Assembly: GCA_022683945.1 (NCBI GenBank)
Contig: JAJHSH010000051.1
Location: forward strand, 1,238 to 65,237
Direction: 5' to 3'
DNA: 64,000 nt
Origin: Candidatus Acetothermia bacterium
GTDB lineage: Bacteria; Bipolaricaulota; Bipolaricaulia; RBG-16-55-9; DRXL01
Below are positions 51,669 to 61,203 of the stretch, in pieces (positions within the stretch are counted from its first letter, which is position 1; each line of letters begins with the position of its first letter). A program made the position numbers and the translations under genes. The notes under the pieces are model-generated. The model searched no databases and was not told the origin of the DNA. It was given only the letters and a program-made list of their open reading frames with translations.

Positions 51669-53413
51669 GCCACAGCCTCCTTTGTCACACTCATCGTGCT
51701 TAGATCCTGAATGAAGCTCGGGAAATAGCTCTCCGTCTGCTCGTTGGGCGTATAGCGCATCTTGCTCAACTGCTCCCAGCCCGGCAGTCTCAGCATCTCT
51801 TCATAAGAGATCTTGCCTAGCAGAACTTTACACGTTCCGTAGAAAGCCAGTATCGCTTTCATCATATAGTATTGTTTCTTGAGCGGACAGTAGGCGTCCA
51901 CTTCGTGATAGGCATTCTGTCGGAGAAAGTCGTCTCGGATTGTACGCGCGACGTCTAAGAGAAGTTTGTCCGGCTCGCTGAGCGATTCCCGCCCCACTAA
52001 CTGTACGATCTTCTTCAACTCGTCTTCTTTCTGTAGGATCTCCAGAAGCTCTTGGCGCATCTGTACGAACTCCAGCCCCACTTCTTGGGTGTACCAGTCT
52101 TGGAGCGCGTCCAGATAGAGCGAGTAGCTCGTCAGCCAATTGATCGCCGGGAAGTGACGACTATAGGCTAGGCGTGCATCTAACCCCCAGAAGGCGCCTG
52201 CGATCCTCAAAGAGTTCTGCGTGACGGGTTCAGAGAAGTCACCGCCCGGCGGTGAGACCGCACCGATCACCGTTACAGAGCCTTGACGCTTATGGTTGCC
52301 CAGACAGATCGCCCGGCCGGCGCGCTCGTAGAACTCCGCCAGACGACTGGCGAGATACGGGGGATAGCCCTCTTCGCCGGGCATCTCTTCTAATCTGCCC
52401 GAAATTTCGCGCAGGGCTTCGGCCCACCGTGAAGTCGAGTCGGCCATCAACGCCACGTCATAGCCCATATCGCGATAGTACTCAGCAATAGTAATCCCCG
52501 TGTAGATGCTCGTCTCGCGCGCGGCAACGGGCATGTTAGACGTGTTGGCGATCAGCACCGTTCTGTTCATAAGCGGCTGGCCGGTGCGCGGGTCTTCCAG
52601 ATGGGGAAATTCTGTCAAGACTTCGGTCATCTCGTTGCCGCGCTCGCCGCAGCCGATGTAGACGACGATATCGGCGTCGGCCCATTTGGCCAGCGCTTGT
52701 TGCGTGACCGTCTTTCCCGATCCGAAGGGGCCGGGGACGACAGCACTGCCCCCTTTGGTCACAGGGAAGAAGACATCGAAAATTCTCTGTCCGGTGATCA
52801 GCGGAACGCCGGCCGAGATCTTTTGTGCGATGGGGCGTGGCCGACGGATGGGCCAGAGCTGTCTCATATGGAGTTTCGTGCCATCGTGCAGCTCGGCCAT
52901 CGGCTCTTCTATAGAGTAGTCGCCCTCTTTGATCTTCGCCACCGTTCCGGCGATCCCCTCGGGAACCAAGATCTTATGCTGAATGGCTGGGGTCTCTTGC
53001 ACCCAGCCGAGCACGTCGCCGAATGCAACAGGTGCACCGGCTTTCACCGTCGGGACGAAGTGCCATCGCTTCTTTTTTGTTAAGGGATCCCCGGTGGCAC
53101 CGCGGGCGATGAACGATCCCGTCTGATCGCGAATGATCTCCAGTGGACGTTGGATTCCGTCATAGATCATTCCCAAGAGCCCCGGGCCGAGCTCGACTAA
53201 GAACGGCCTGCCGTCGCTCTTCACAGGCTCGCCGACTTTTAAGCCGTCGGTCTCTTCGTAGACCTGGATAGAGATCTCCGCCCCTTTGACCTCGATGACC
53301 TCGCCGACGAGGCCCAGCTCGCCGACCCGCACCAGATCGCGAATCTTGATCCCTTCCATGCCGCGCGCGTTGACGACGGGACCGGCGATGCGTGAAATCT
53401 GGCCGACGATCAT
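51665..53413 (-). CDS. atpA: V/A-type ATP synthase subunit A (catalytic)
   Basis: 582 aa. P-loop GPFGSGKT and the non-homologous insert typical of A subunits. Confidence 0.95.
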   Translation of the reverse strand: MIVGQISRIAGPVVNARGMEGIKIRDLVRVGELGLVGEVIEVKGAEISIQVYEETDGLKVGEPVKSDGRPFLVELGPGLLGMIYDGIQRPLEIIRDQTGSFIARGATGDPLTKKKRWHFVPTVKAGAPVAFGDVLGWVQETPAIQHKILVPEGIAGTVAKIKEGDYSIEEPMAELHDGTKLHMRQLWPIRRPRPIAQKISAGVPLITGQRIFDVFFPVTKGGSAVVPGPFGSGKTVTQQALAKWADADIVVYIGCGERGNEMTEVLTEFPHLEDPRTGQPLMNRTVLIANTSNMPVAARETSIYTGITIAEYYRDMGYDVALMADSTSRWAEALREISGRLEEMPGEEGYPPYLASRLAEFYERAGRAICLGNHKRQGSVTVIGAVSPPGGDFSEPVTQNSLRIAGAFWGLDARLAYSRHFPAINWLTSYSLYLDALQDWYTQEVGLEFVQMRQELLEILQKEDELKKIVQLVGRESLSEPDKLLLDVARTIRDDFLRQNAYHEVDAYCPLKKQYYMMKAILAFYGTCKVLLGKISYEEMLRLPGWEQLSKMRYTPNEQTESYFPSFIQDLSTMSVTKEAVA

Positions 53414-53416
53414 AGT

Positions 53417-53722
53417 TCACTCTCCTTCCACATAGATCTTTTGCCCCAGATAGCGGCGCGTCAGTTCGTCAATATAAGTCTCCTCGCGAGCGACTTCTTC
53501 TGCGGGGTAAGAAGCGAGCATAGGAAGCTCAGCCCCCGCGAAGGCCCGTTCGAACTCTTCCATATAGCGCTCGTCCACTAAGACCAGACCCACATCGGCT
53601 AGCGCACGAATCTCTCGGACGATCTGTGTAATCTCCGAGCGATCCGAGATCTCGAAGACGCGCACGCCAGCCAGACGAAAGGCATCGGCGAGATCTCTCG
53701 GCGCCACGATGAAGGGTTTCAT
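53417..53722 (-). CDS. atpF: V/A-type ATP synthase subunit F
   Basis: MKPFIVAPRDLADAFRLAGV..., about 101 aa. ATG at 53722 overlaps the C-subunit stop. Confidence 0.8.
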   Translation of the reverse strand: MKPFIVAPRDLADAFRLAGVRVFEISDRSEITQIVREIRALADVGLVLVDERYMEEFERAFAGAELPMLASYPAEEVAREETYIDELTRRYLGQKIYVEGE

Positions 53723-54771
53723 TTCAGGATCTCCAAGGGAACGAGATTCGCTTCGATCTGAGCGCACTCTGTGCCGCGCGCGAGGCCAATGGCGATCACG
53801 CGCAGATTGGTCATTTCAGCTCTCTTGCGCCATAGATACGCTATCGTCATGCGTATATTAGAAAACTCTTGTTTGTCCAGACGACTGTGCTCTCGATAGA
53901 GATAGTTTTCCAGGCGCTCTTGAATCTGAGCGACTGGAACGTCCTCTCTCAAGCCCTTGAGCCCGCGCTGATATTCCGTGCGCTCCAGTTTTTTCAGCAG
54001 GGCGCTCTTATCTTCGGAATCGAGCAGGGTGCGCACGACGGTCGGGATGAGTCGCTCGCCCCCGTCTAAGATATATCGGTATCGTTCGTCGGCGCGCACT
54101 CCAGCTTCAACGAGGCGCAGGGCATATATGACATTGAGCAAGTCGGCCTCGGTGCCCAAGACCGTTCGCACGATTTGAGCGTTCTCGTCGCGCATCTCGG
54201 CGAGCGTCTGACGCGAGTGAGCAAAATAGAAAGCATCAACGGCGTGCTCCAGCAGCGCGAGTCTGCCCGTGCGTTCGTATTCGGGGAAGATCTCGGCTAG
54301 GGGCTTATAGTAGCGATTACCGGCGCTCAAGAGATAGTCCAGCGCTTCCCGAATGCTGCTGCGCTTCAACAGCTCTTCATAGAAGACTGTCCCGTAGAGA
54401 ATCGTTGGATAGAGCCCCTGAGCTATCTCTTCTGCCGGAATAGCTGCATGATAGCCGCGCAATATAGTCTTTAGATTAAAGACCTCAAAGCGCTCTAAGA
54501 GTAATTCTATAAGTTGTTTGGGCCCTTCGGGTGCGATAAAGACCAACTTAGAGAAGGAGCGCTGGGCGTTGCGCAGCACCGTCTGTTCGATCAGTTCGTA
54601 GCCGGAGAATTCTACCGAGGCGCGCTGGAGTTCGGGCGCATAGTCGGTCTCGGTGAGCGCGTTGGTCATCTGCTCGAGGGAGCGTAGCTCTAAAAGAGCG
54701 CTGAACTGGGTCGGGGTGAGCAGTCGCGCCAGCATCAGACGCACGCGCGTATTGAGATATTCGTAGGACAT
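53719..54771 (-). CDS. atpC: V/A-type ATP synthase subunit C (eukaryotic d homologue)
   Basis: 350 aa, all-helical. Sits between E and F as in Thermus-type operons. Confidence 0.8.
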   Translation of the reverse strand: MSYEYLNTRVRLMLARLLTPTQFSALLELRSLEQMTNALTETDYAPELQRASVEFSGYELIEQTVLRNAQRSFSKLVFIAPEGPKQLIELLLERFEVFNLKTILRGYHAAIPAEEIAQGLYPTILYGTVFYEELLKRSSIREALDYLLSAGNRYYKPLAEIFPEYERTGRLALLEHAVDAFYFAHSRQTLAEMRDENAQIVRTVLGTEADLLNVIYALRLVEAGVRADERYRYILDGGERLIPTVVRTLLDSEDKSALLKKLERTEYQRGLKGLREDVPVAQIQERLENYLYREHSRLDKQEFSNIRMTIAYLWRKRAEMTNLRVIAIGLARGTECAQIEANLVPLEILK

Positions 54772-54782
54772 AGTTTTAAATC

Positions 54783-55364
54783 TTAATCGGGGCGCGCGCG
54801 ATCGAAGAGCGCCTTGCCCAGCTCCGCGCGATAGAGCGTCCTAAGACTATTGATCCGAGTCTCCCAACGGTTGTCCACGACGAGATCGCCTTGCGCACTG
54901 GTTGCCAAAAGCCCACCCTGAGTCACGACGGGCTCGCCCAGCTGATGGCCCGTACTCTTGAGCAGTTCGGCCATCAGCTTTTGATCTTCTGGGGCGACGC
55001 GCACGACGAGCGGGCCGGGCAGCGATTTCTCAGTCTCCTTGAGCAAGAGCTCTAAAAATTTTCGATAGCGGGCAGCATCGGCACGCAGATGGGCCAGTTC
55101 GCTGGAGAGTCTATCGAAGAGTCCTTGGGCAACGGTGTGCTTGGCCTTCAGATATTCGGCGCGGGCCTGCGTGCGGGCGCGGCTGAGCGCGGCGCGCCGC
55201 TCTTGTTCTAACTGCGCTTCCAGCTCTTTCAGGACGCGCTCGCGCTCTTGTCGGATCTCGCGCTCGGCCTGCGCCAAAATCTCGCGTGCTCGCTCTTGAG
55301 CTTGAGCGAGTATCTCTTGAACTTGGTGCTCGCCCTCTTGCTCAATCTGTCGTAGTAGCTCCAT
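54783..55364 (-). CDS. atpE: V/A-type ATP synthase subunit E
   Basis: 193 aa. N-terminal charged coiled coil (EILAQAQERAREILAQAEREIRQERE) and a C-terminal globular domain. Confidence 0.8.
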   Translation of the reverse strand: MELLRQIEQEGEHQVQEILAQAQERAREILAQAEREIRQERERVLKELEAQLEQERRAALSRARTQARAEYLKAKHTVAQGLFDRLSSELAHLRADAARYRKFLELLLKETEKSLPGPLVVRVAPEDQKLMAELLKSTGHQLGEPVVTQGGLLATSAQGDLVVDNRWETRINSLRTLYRAELGKALFDRARPD

Positions 55365-55393
55365 TATCTTATCTATATGCTCTGTATTCTTCG

Positions 55394-55702
55394 TTACAGC
55401 AAGAAGACGACGACGAAGCCGAAGACGACGAGCGTCTCCGGGATGGCTACGAAGATCAGGGCGCTCACGAAGTTCTCGCGATTTTCAGCCACGGCTGCTA
55501 CAGCCGCCGGGCCGATGCGCGACTGTGCGATCGCCGTGGCGAGCGCGCCGCCGACAAAAGCAAAAGCAGCAGCGAAGGCTTTCAAGGCCGCTGCCATAGC
55601 ATCGCCCTGAAACTGCTTCAGCTCTTGCGCCAGACCGATCAATGAAGCGCCGACCACGACCACATTAAAGACGAGTACGGCTACAGCGAGTTTTTTCATC
55701 AT
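55394..55702 (-). CDS. atpK: V/A-type ATP synthase proteolipid subunit K (c-ring)
   Basis: Two-TM hairpin with a conserved Glu (…VAIPETLVVFGFVV…). Start at MMKK (55702) avoids overlap with the I-subunit gene. Confidence 0.85.
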   Translation of the reverse strand: MMKKLAVAVLVFNVVVVGASLIGLAQELKQFQGDAMAAALKAFAAAFAFVGGALATAIAQSRIGPAAVAAVAENRENFVSALIFVAIPETLVVFGFVVVFLL

Positions 55703-55718
55703 GCCTCCTTTTGTAGTT

Positions 55719-57560
55719 TTACTGTTCCCGAAACGGTTCATACTTCCGTCCGCCCAGCACTAAGAACTTTTGAAAGAACTCGACGTAGTGCAACCGCGCC
55801 GACTGGATCGTAGATTCAAAGAGCATCAGACCCAGATTGGCCGAGTGCGCCACAATTCCAATGATCACCGCCAAGAAGATATTATGAAGCGCGTGACCCG
55901 CTTCGTTGATCAGCTCAGCGATCTTCAAGCCCACAATACCAAAGCCCATCAGACGCGCGTAAGAGACGATATTGCTGACATAGCCGACCAGCTCTAAAAT
56001 CCCCATAAAACCCTCGCTCATCACCAAGAGCAGTGTAGCTCCGGCCAAGAGCGCAAAGCTCGGCACACGCAACGCCTCCGGCAGCTGTCCCACCAGAACT
56101 CCCACAATAAGTCCCAGACCGAGCAGGGCGCCGATAGCCCCGAGCTTGGCCAGCGCGTGTTTTCCGTGTCTCTCTCGCAGGGCATTGATCATTCCCAAGA
56201 GAAAGCCCAACATAATTTGAGTCGCACCCAGCGCCACGCAGAACAGCAAGAGCATATCGGTCTCTTTGTCGCGGGGGAAGTGCGGGTATTTTAAGACAAA
56301 GCCAAAGAGTTCAGCAAAGACAGCCCCGAAGAAGATCGCCGAGATCGCGCAGTGTGTGGCAATCTGCGCGAGCTGTGGGGCTATCTCCGAATGCGCAAAC
56401 CTGCGCTTGAGCCAGAGAGCCAAAAGCAAGATCACTGTACCGTAGCCCATGTCGCCGACGATAATTCCAAAAAAGAGCGGAAAGAAGAAGCTCATAAAGG
56501 GCACTGGATCTATCGTGCCGTACTTGGGGACGCCCATCAGCGAGACGAAAAGCTCATAGGGGCGCGACCAACGGTTGTTATGAAGCGCGACGGGGATCTC
56601 TGCCGCGAGCGCAGGAGTAGGGTCTTGACGCACGATGATGCCGGGGAACTCGCGCAAGAGCGTCTGCTCAAATCGCGCGTACTCGTCTTGGGGAATCCAG
56701 CCCGCTATCACGAGCGCATATTCTGTGTAGCCGAAGCGCGCAGCGGCCTCGAGCTGAGTTAATCTGTTTTCTAGAGCAGCGCGCAGCGCGAAGATGCGCG
56801 CGCCGTGCTCGCGCCCTAGATTTTTGAGTTCTGTTTCAAGCTCGTGCAATTTCTGGGGACCTTCCGTGAGATCGCGCTTCAAGTGTGAGAGCGCCTCGAC
56901 GAGGGGCAGCGTCGTGGGGATATGCGCTGGGAACGCGAGTGGGCGAAGTCCTTTCGCCTCTAAGTACTGGCGCACGGCAACTGCGTACTCGTCGGCGACA
57001 CGCGCGAGCAAGACGATTCTATCTTGCGGCAGGACGCGGTACGCCAGAGCAAATTGCCCTGAAATGCGTTCTTCTAGGGTCTTTTGGATCTCGTGCGGGC
57101 GCAGCCGGCTTGTCTCTCCCAGCCCGGCGATCAGCATGCGCCCTGCGCTTTCGGGGAGGGTCTTTAATAGCTCTTCGGTGGCCTCGATCAGCTCGCGCAT
57201 CTGTTCGGCGGCTTGGAGGTGTTCTTGAAGCTGACGACGCTCGACCACGAGCTTACGCACGCGCTCTTCCAACTCTTCGATCTCCGTTCGCACATCGGGG
57301 AGATCCTCGATCTTCCCAGCGCGCGTAGGTCTCTCTCCCCATCCGGGAGAAAGATCGAGCAAGAGATCGCAAAGGCCCTTGGTTTTGAGCAAGAGCTGTT
57401 CGAGCTGTTGGCGTTCTTCGGGGCTATCGAGCGCTGACAGGGCATTCTCTGTAGGCAGGGCTTCGATGTGCAGAAGCCCCAGCCGTTGCAGGCGCTCCAG
57501 CAGGGCCTCTTGGCGCCGGCGGGTGTAGATCACGCAGAGTCGAGACATGGAGCGCTGCAT
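55719..57560 (-). CDS. atpI: V/A-type ATP synthase subunit I (a subunit)
   Basis: 613 aa. Soluble N-terminal half, then a C-terminal ~8-TM domain with a conserved Arg. Confidence 0.9.
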   Translation of the reverse strand: MQRSMSRLCVIYTRRRQEALLERLQRLGLLHIEALPTENALSALDSPEERQQLEQLLLKTKGLCDLLLDLSPGWGERPTRAGKIEDLPDVRTEIEELEERVRKLVVERRQLQEHLQAAEQMRELIEATEELLKTLPESAGRMLIAGLGETSRLRPHEIQKTLEERISGQFALAYRVLPQDRIVLLARVADEYAVAVRQYLEAKGLRPLAFPAHIPTTLPLVEALSHLKRDLTEGPQKLHELETELKNLGREHGARIFALRAALENRLTQLEAAARFGYTEYALVIAGWIPQDEYARFEQTLLREFPGIIVRQDPTPALAAEIPVALHNNRWSRPYELFVSLMGVPKYGTIDPVPFMSFFFPLFFGIIVGDMGYGTVILLLALWLKRRFAHSEIAPQLAQIATHCAISAIFFGAVFAELFGFVLKYPHFPRDKETDMLLLFCVALGATQIMLGFLLGMINALRERHGKHALAKLGAIGALLGLGLIVGVLVGQLPEALRVPSFALLAGATLLLVMSEGFMGILELVGYVSNIVSYARLMGFGIVGLKIAELINEAGHALHNIFLAVIIGIVAHSANLGLMLFESTIQSARLHYVEFFQKFLVLGGRKYEPFREQ

Positions 57561-57565
57561 AGCCG

Positions 57566-57916
57566 TTATTGGGAGAAGATCTCTCGTCGGAGTCTTTCCA
57601 ACAAGTGCGTTGGATTGGCTCGTTGGATCAGCTGTTGGGCGGCCACGTGCCCTTCGGCGATGATGCGTTGCGCTTCGACTTGTGTCTGCGCGTGCAGCTC
57701 GGCGCGGCGGCGCTCACACTCTCTTTGTAGTGTCTGTTGCGCTTGAGATTTGTGCTTGGCGGCTTCTTCGCGCGCTTTATGAAGCATCTGCTCGGCTTGC
57801 TCGCGCGCCCTCTGTAAACGAGCCGCGATCTCTTTCTCTTTCTCTTGGATCGCGATCAGCTCGGCGAAGCGCTCCTCCGGTGTCGGTTTCCGCTCTCGCT
57901 CTTTGGCTTCGGCCAT
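57566..57916 (-). CDS. atpG: V/A-type ATP synthase subunit G/H (peripheral-stalk coiled-coil subunit)
   Basis: 116 aa, entirely charged coiled coil. First gene of the operon as in Thermus. SD GGGAGAGGG before the ATG at 57916. Confidence 0.7.
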   Translation of the reverse strand: MAEAKERERKPTPEERFAELIAIQEKEKEIAARLQRAREQAEQMLHKAREEAAKHKSQAQQTLQRECERRRAELHAQTQVEAQRIIAEGHVAAQQLIQRANPTHLLERLRREIFSQ

Positions 57917-57939
57917 TGGGGACCCTCTCCCTAATATCT

Positions 57940-57985
57940 GTTAACAGATAAAGATAACGGATTAGCGGAGAGATCCGTTAATCCG
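57940..57985 (-). terminator. intrinsic terminator-like hairpin after the MFS gene, before the V-ATPase operon
   Basis: Minus strand reads CGGATTAACGG-ATCTCT-CCGCTAATCCG (11-bp stem with one G-U), followed by TTATCTTTATCTGTT. Confidence 0.5.
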
Positions 57986-58065
57986 CCGGCTATCCGTACC
58001 GATTCTTGGTGCTGTCTGGATTGCCAAAGAGTATAGCAAAGCGCGCTGGAGCTTTCAACTGTTTT

Positions 58066-59538
58066 TCAGCGTAGCGCCCGCACATGCGGCCAGCGCCAAT
58101 AGACAAAGAGACTGAATCCCAAACAGATAAAAGCCCCCAGCGAGAGCGCCGTTGGCGCACCGAATTTTTCGGCTATCGCTCCCACTTGCAAGCTGCCAAA
58201 GGGCAGCATCCCCAGGAACATCAGCGTATAGAGACCGAGAATTCGGCCACGCAGCTCACTCGGTACGATGGTCTGCAACAGCGTGTTCGTCAATGCGTTC
58301 TGAGTGATCAGTCCCCAGCCGAAGCCCACAAGAGCGATGAACGAGAGCGCAAAGAGCTTCGATTGCGCGAAGACTAAGAGCATGATGGGAAAGACGAAGT
58401 TCCCCATAGTGAGCAAGAGTCCTTTGCGTTGGTAATCTCCCAGCGAGGCGAGAATCAAGGCTCCGGAGAGCGCTCCCAGCCCGGCAGCGGCCATCAGAAA
58501 GCCGTAGCCCTGCGGGCCGACTTTCAGAATCTCCCCGGCGTAGAGGGGCATAAGCGTCACATACGAAAAACCGAAGATGCTGGAGACGCCCATCAGGCTG
58601 AGCAGCGCGAGCACTCTATTGTCTTGGCGCGCGTAATCGAGCCCGGCCCAGAGACTCTTCCAGACCGATTCGTGATTGCTGTTCTCTTCGCGCGGGTGAC
58701 GATCCATGAGCAGCAGTCCCACAATGACTCCTGAGTAAGAAAGGGCGTTGAGCGCAAAGCAGACGCCGATGGCGATGCGGGTCGCTCCGACGGAATCGAG
58801 CGAGAATTGGGCCTGTACCCAAGCGCTGAGCGCGCCCAAGAGCGTGCCGGCGATGGCCGGACCGATAATGCGCGTGCCGTTGAAGGCCGTAGAATTGAGA
58901 GCGATAGCGTTCATGAGGTCTTCTTTGCTGTCCACAAGCTCGTGAATAAGAGACTGTCGTGCAGGGGTATCAAGAGCGTTGATGGTGCCCAACAGAAATG
59001 CTAGAGCGATGACGTGCCAGACCTGGACGACCCCGGTGAGGGTCAGCGCAGCCAAGATCAGGGCTTGCAGGAGCGAGGCGCTCTGGGTGAAGAGCACCAA
59101 TTTCTGACGATCAAAGCGATCGGCGGCCACGCCGCCTAAGAGCGTAAAGAGCAAGACGGGCAGAAACTGCGAGAAGCTGACGACGCCCAAGCTGAGGGCC
59201 GACTTCGTGAGCAGATAGACCAGCCAACCTTGGGCGATGGACTGCATCCACGTTCCCGTGAGGGAGACGAGTTGGCCGGTCCAGAACAAGCGATAATTTC
59301 TGTGGCGCAGGGCGTGAAAGGTGCGGGGCAGGCGAGCGCCGGCGAGGCCGGGAACTTGGACGCTGTTGGCGGGGACGACGGGTTCTCTCTTGTTTTTTGT
59401 CTGTTCCGGGGCTTCTACTTCCGCGGCTTGATTGCTCACGTGGGAATTATAACGTATCTGTCCGACTCGTTTCAATGCCAAGTTTTCTACGCAACAACCG
59501 CTTAAAGCTGCGTGCAGCTTGTTCGGGGTCGGGCGCAT
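58066..59538 (-). CDS. MFS transporter
   Basis: 12 predicted TM segments. Motif ...RHRNYRLFWTGQLVSLTGTWMQ.... The track ORF's N-terminus would overlap thiE by ~90 nt, so the real start is probably at or below ~59440. Confidence 0.85.
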   Translation of the reverse strand: MRPTPNKLHAALSGCCVENLALKRVGQIRYNSHVSNQAAEVEAPEQTKNKREPVVPANSVQVPGLAGARLPRTFHALRHRNYRLFWTGQLVSLTGTWMQSIAQGWLVYLLTKSALSLGVVSFSQFLPVLLFTLLGGVAADRFDRQKLVLFTQSASLLQALILAALTLTGVVQVWHVIALAFLLGTINALDTPARQSLIHELVDSKEDLMNAIALNSTAFNGTRIIGPAIAGTLLGALSAWVQAQFSLDSVGATRIAIGVCFALNALSYSGVIVGLLLMDRHPREENSNHESVWKSLWAGLDYARQDNRVLALLSLMGVSSIFGFSYVTLMPLYAGEILKVGPQGYGFLMAAAGLGALSGALILASLGDYQRKGLLLTMGNFVFPIMLLVFAQSKLFALSFIALVGFGWGLITQNALTNTLLQTIVPSELRGRILGLYTLMFLGMLPFGSLQVGAIAEKFGAPTALSLGAFICLGFSLFVYWRWPHVRALR

Positions 59539-60085
59539 GGAAGATCGCTGAGATCAACGCCAGCCCGTCCGCACCCGCCGCCAAGACCTGAGGCGCATTC
59601 TGGAGCGTGATGCCCCCGCTGGCAAAGACGGGAATCTTCACCAATCGCTTAGCGGCTTTTATCGTCTCCAGTGGGACAATCTCGCATTCGTCCACCGACG
59701 AAGACGGGAAGATCGAGCAAAAAGAGATATAATCGGCGCCGCTCTTTTCAGCCCAACGGACTTTGTCAAGATCGGCGCCACAAGTCACGCCGACCAACGC
59801 TTGCGCACTCAATGCTTTGCGGATCTCTTGAGGGGTCAGACGATCGTCGTCGGTGTGGACGCCGTCGGCTCCGATTTCGGCGGCTAATTTTACGTCGTTG
59901 TTGACCAATACTGGCACTTGATATCTACGAGCCAGCTCTGAGACTTGGCGAGCCCAGTTTGGGTCAGCTTGGGCTCCCATCCAGATCTGGAAAATATCAG
60001 CCCCGCCTCGCAAGGCTTTTTCGATCTTATCTGGGGGCGTATCGGGAGCAACCACAACGTACAAGCCTTCTAATCTTTTGCGCAT
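59447..60085 (-). CDS. thiE: thiamine-phosphate synthase
   Basis: TIM-barrel ThiE motifs (...VNNDVKLAAEIGADGVH...GVTCG...FASGGI). ATG at 60085; the track ORF 60115 would overlap the upstream gene. Confidence 0.85.
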   Translation of the reverse strand: MRKRLEGLYVVVAPDTPPDKIEKALRGGADIFQIWMGAQADPNWARQVSELARRYQVPVLVNNDVKLAAEIGADGVHTDDDRLTPQEIRKALSAQALVGVTCGADLDKVRWAEKSGADYISFCSIFPSSSVDECEIVPLETIKAAKRLVKIPVFASGGITLQNAPQVLAAGADGLALISAIFHAPDPEQAARSFKRLLRRKLGIETSRTDTL

Positions 60086-60105
60086 CTCTTTGCACATCGC
60101 TTTCA

Positions 60106-61203
60106 TCATTTCCAACCCCGTTCGCGGGCTTTCCAGAAAGCCCCCCAGTAAGGGTCTTCGCCGGGGTGAGTCAAAGTCTGAATCCGCTTGTCGTCAACGA
60201 GCTTCAGTCCCTGTTCCTCAGGCGTGATCTCGCCGACAATGGCTGCTGTGATCTTTTTTGGAGCAAGAGCTTTTAAGACTTGCCCAGCTTTTACAGATCT
60301 CACGGTGAGAATGAGCGTCCCTTCGCTGAGGCTGATATACGGATCAATCTCGAAAAGCTCACAGACTTTGGCGGCCTCTTCAGACAACGGAATCTGGCGC
60401 TTTTCGATTCTTAGGCCATGCCCACAAGCCGTCGCCAATTCGTGCAAAGCGCCCAGCACCCCGCCTTCCGTCGCATCGTGCATCGCGGTCACTCCGGCGT
60501 CGCGCACGCCTACAGAGACAGCCGTGAGCGCGTCTTCGACAACTGAGAATTTTTCAAAGAATTCCTCGGCTCGTTTCAAGAAGTTCTCGCCAAACCGCGC
60601 TTGGATCGTCTCGGGGAAGACGCGGGCGAGCAAGCCAGTCGTCGCAATGGCCGCGCCTTTGGTCACAATAATAAGATCGCCGGGTTGAGCCATGTTGGGC
60701 GCGATGTACTGATTTTCAGGCCCGACAGCGATCAGCGTGCCTCCGCCGACGATGGTGTAATCGCAGCCGACATAGCGCCCCGTGTGTCCTCCGATCACGG
60801 CGATGTTTAATCGTTCGAATTCGCGGTGCATCGCCTGCCAGTAGATCTCAAAATCTTGAGCGGACATCTTAGGAGGCAGATTAAAATCTAAAACGGCATA
60901 AGCGGGAGAAAGGCCGCTTGTCGCTAAATCAGAAGCCAACAAGTGCACCGACAGCCAGGCGGAGTCTTTCAAGCCCAGCGCCGGAATGATCGAGAGCGGG
61001 TCGGTCGTGACGGCCATGACCTGTCCCCCAGCAAGTTTGACTATCGCGTTGTCCATGCCGTGCCGAGGGCCGACGAGCACTTCTGGTCGCTCGGCCCCTA
61101 AGCGTGGGTAGATCACTTGATCGAAGAAGGCTTTGTCTATCTTGCCGATGGGGGGAAACTCCGGGGCACTATTCACGTCGAGCCCCCTCCCAGCGCACCG
61201 CAA
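60106..61203 (-). CDS. thiL: AIR-synthase-related (PurM-like) protein, probable thiamine-monophosphate kinase ThiL
   Basis: PurM-like N- and C-domains (...AVTTDPLSI..., ...VIGGHTGRY...). Adjacent to thiE. HypE/SelD-like alternatives are not excluded. Confidence 0.55.
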   Translation of the reverse strand: MRCAGRGLDVNSAPEFPPIGKIDKAFFDQVIYPRLGAERPEVLVGPRHGMDNAIVKLAGGQVMAVTTDPLSIIPALGLKDSAWLSVHLLASDLATSGLSPAYAVLDFNLPPKMSAQDFEIYWQAMHREFERLNIAVIGGHTGRYVGCDYTIVGGGTLIAVGPENQYIAPNMAQPGDLIIVTKGAAIATTGLLARVFPETIQARFGENFLKRAEEFFEKFSVVEDALTAVSVGVRDAGVTAMHDATEGGVLGALHELATACGHGLRIEKRQIPLSEEAAKVCELFEIDPYISLSEGTLILTVRSVKAGQVLKALAPKKITAAIVGEITPEEQGLKLVDDKRIQTLTHPGEDPYWGAFWKARERGWK

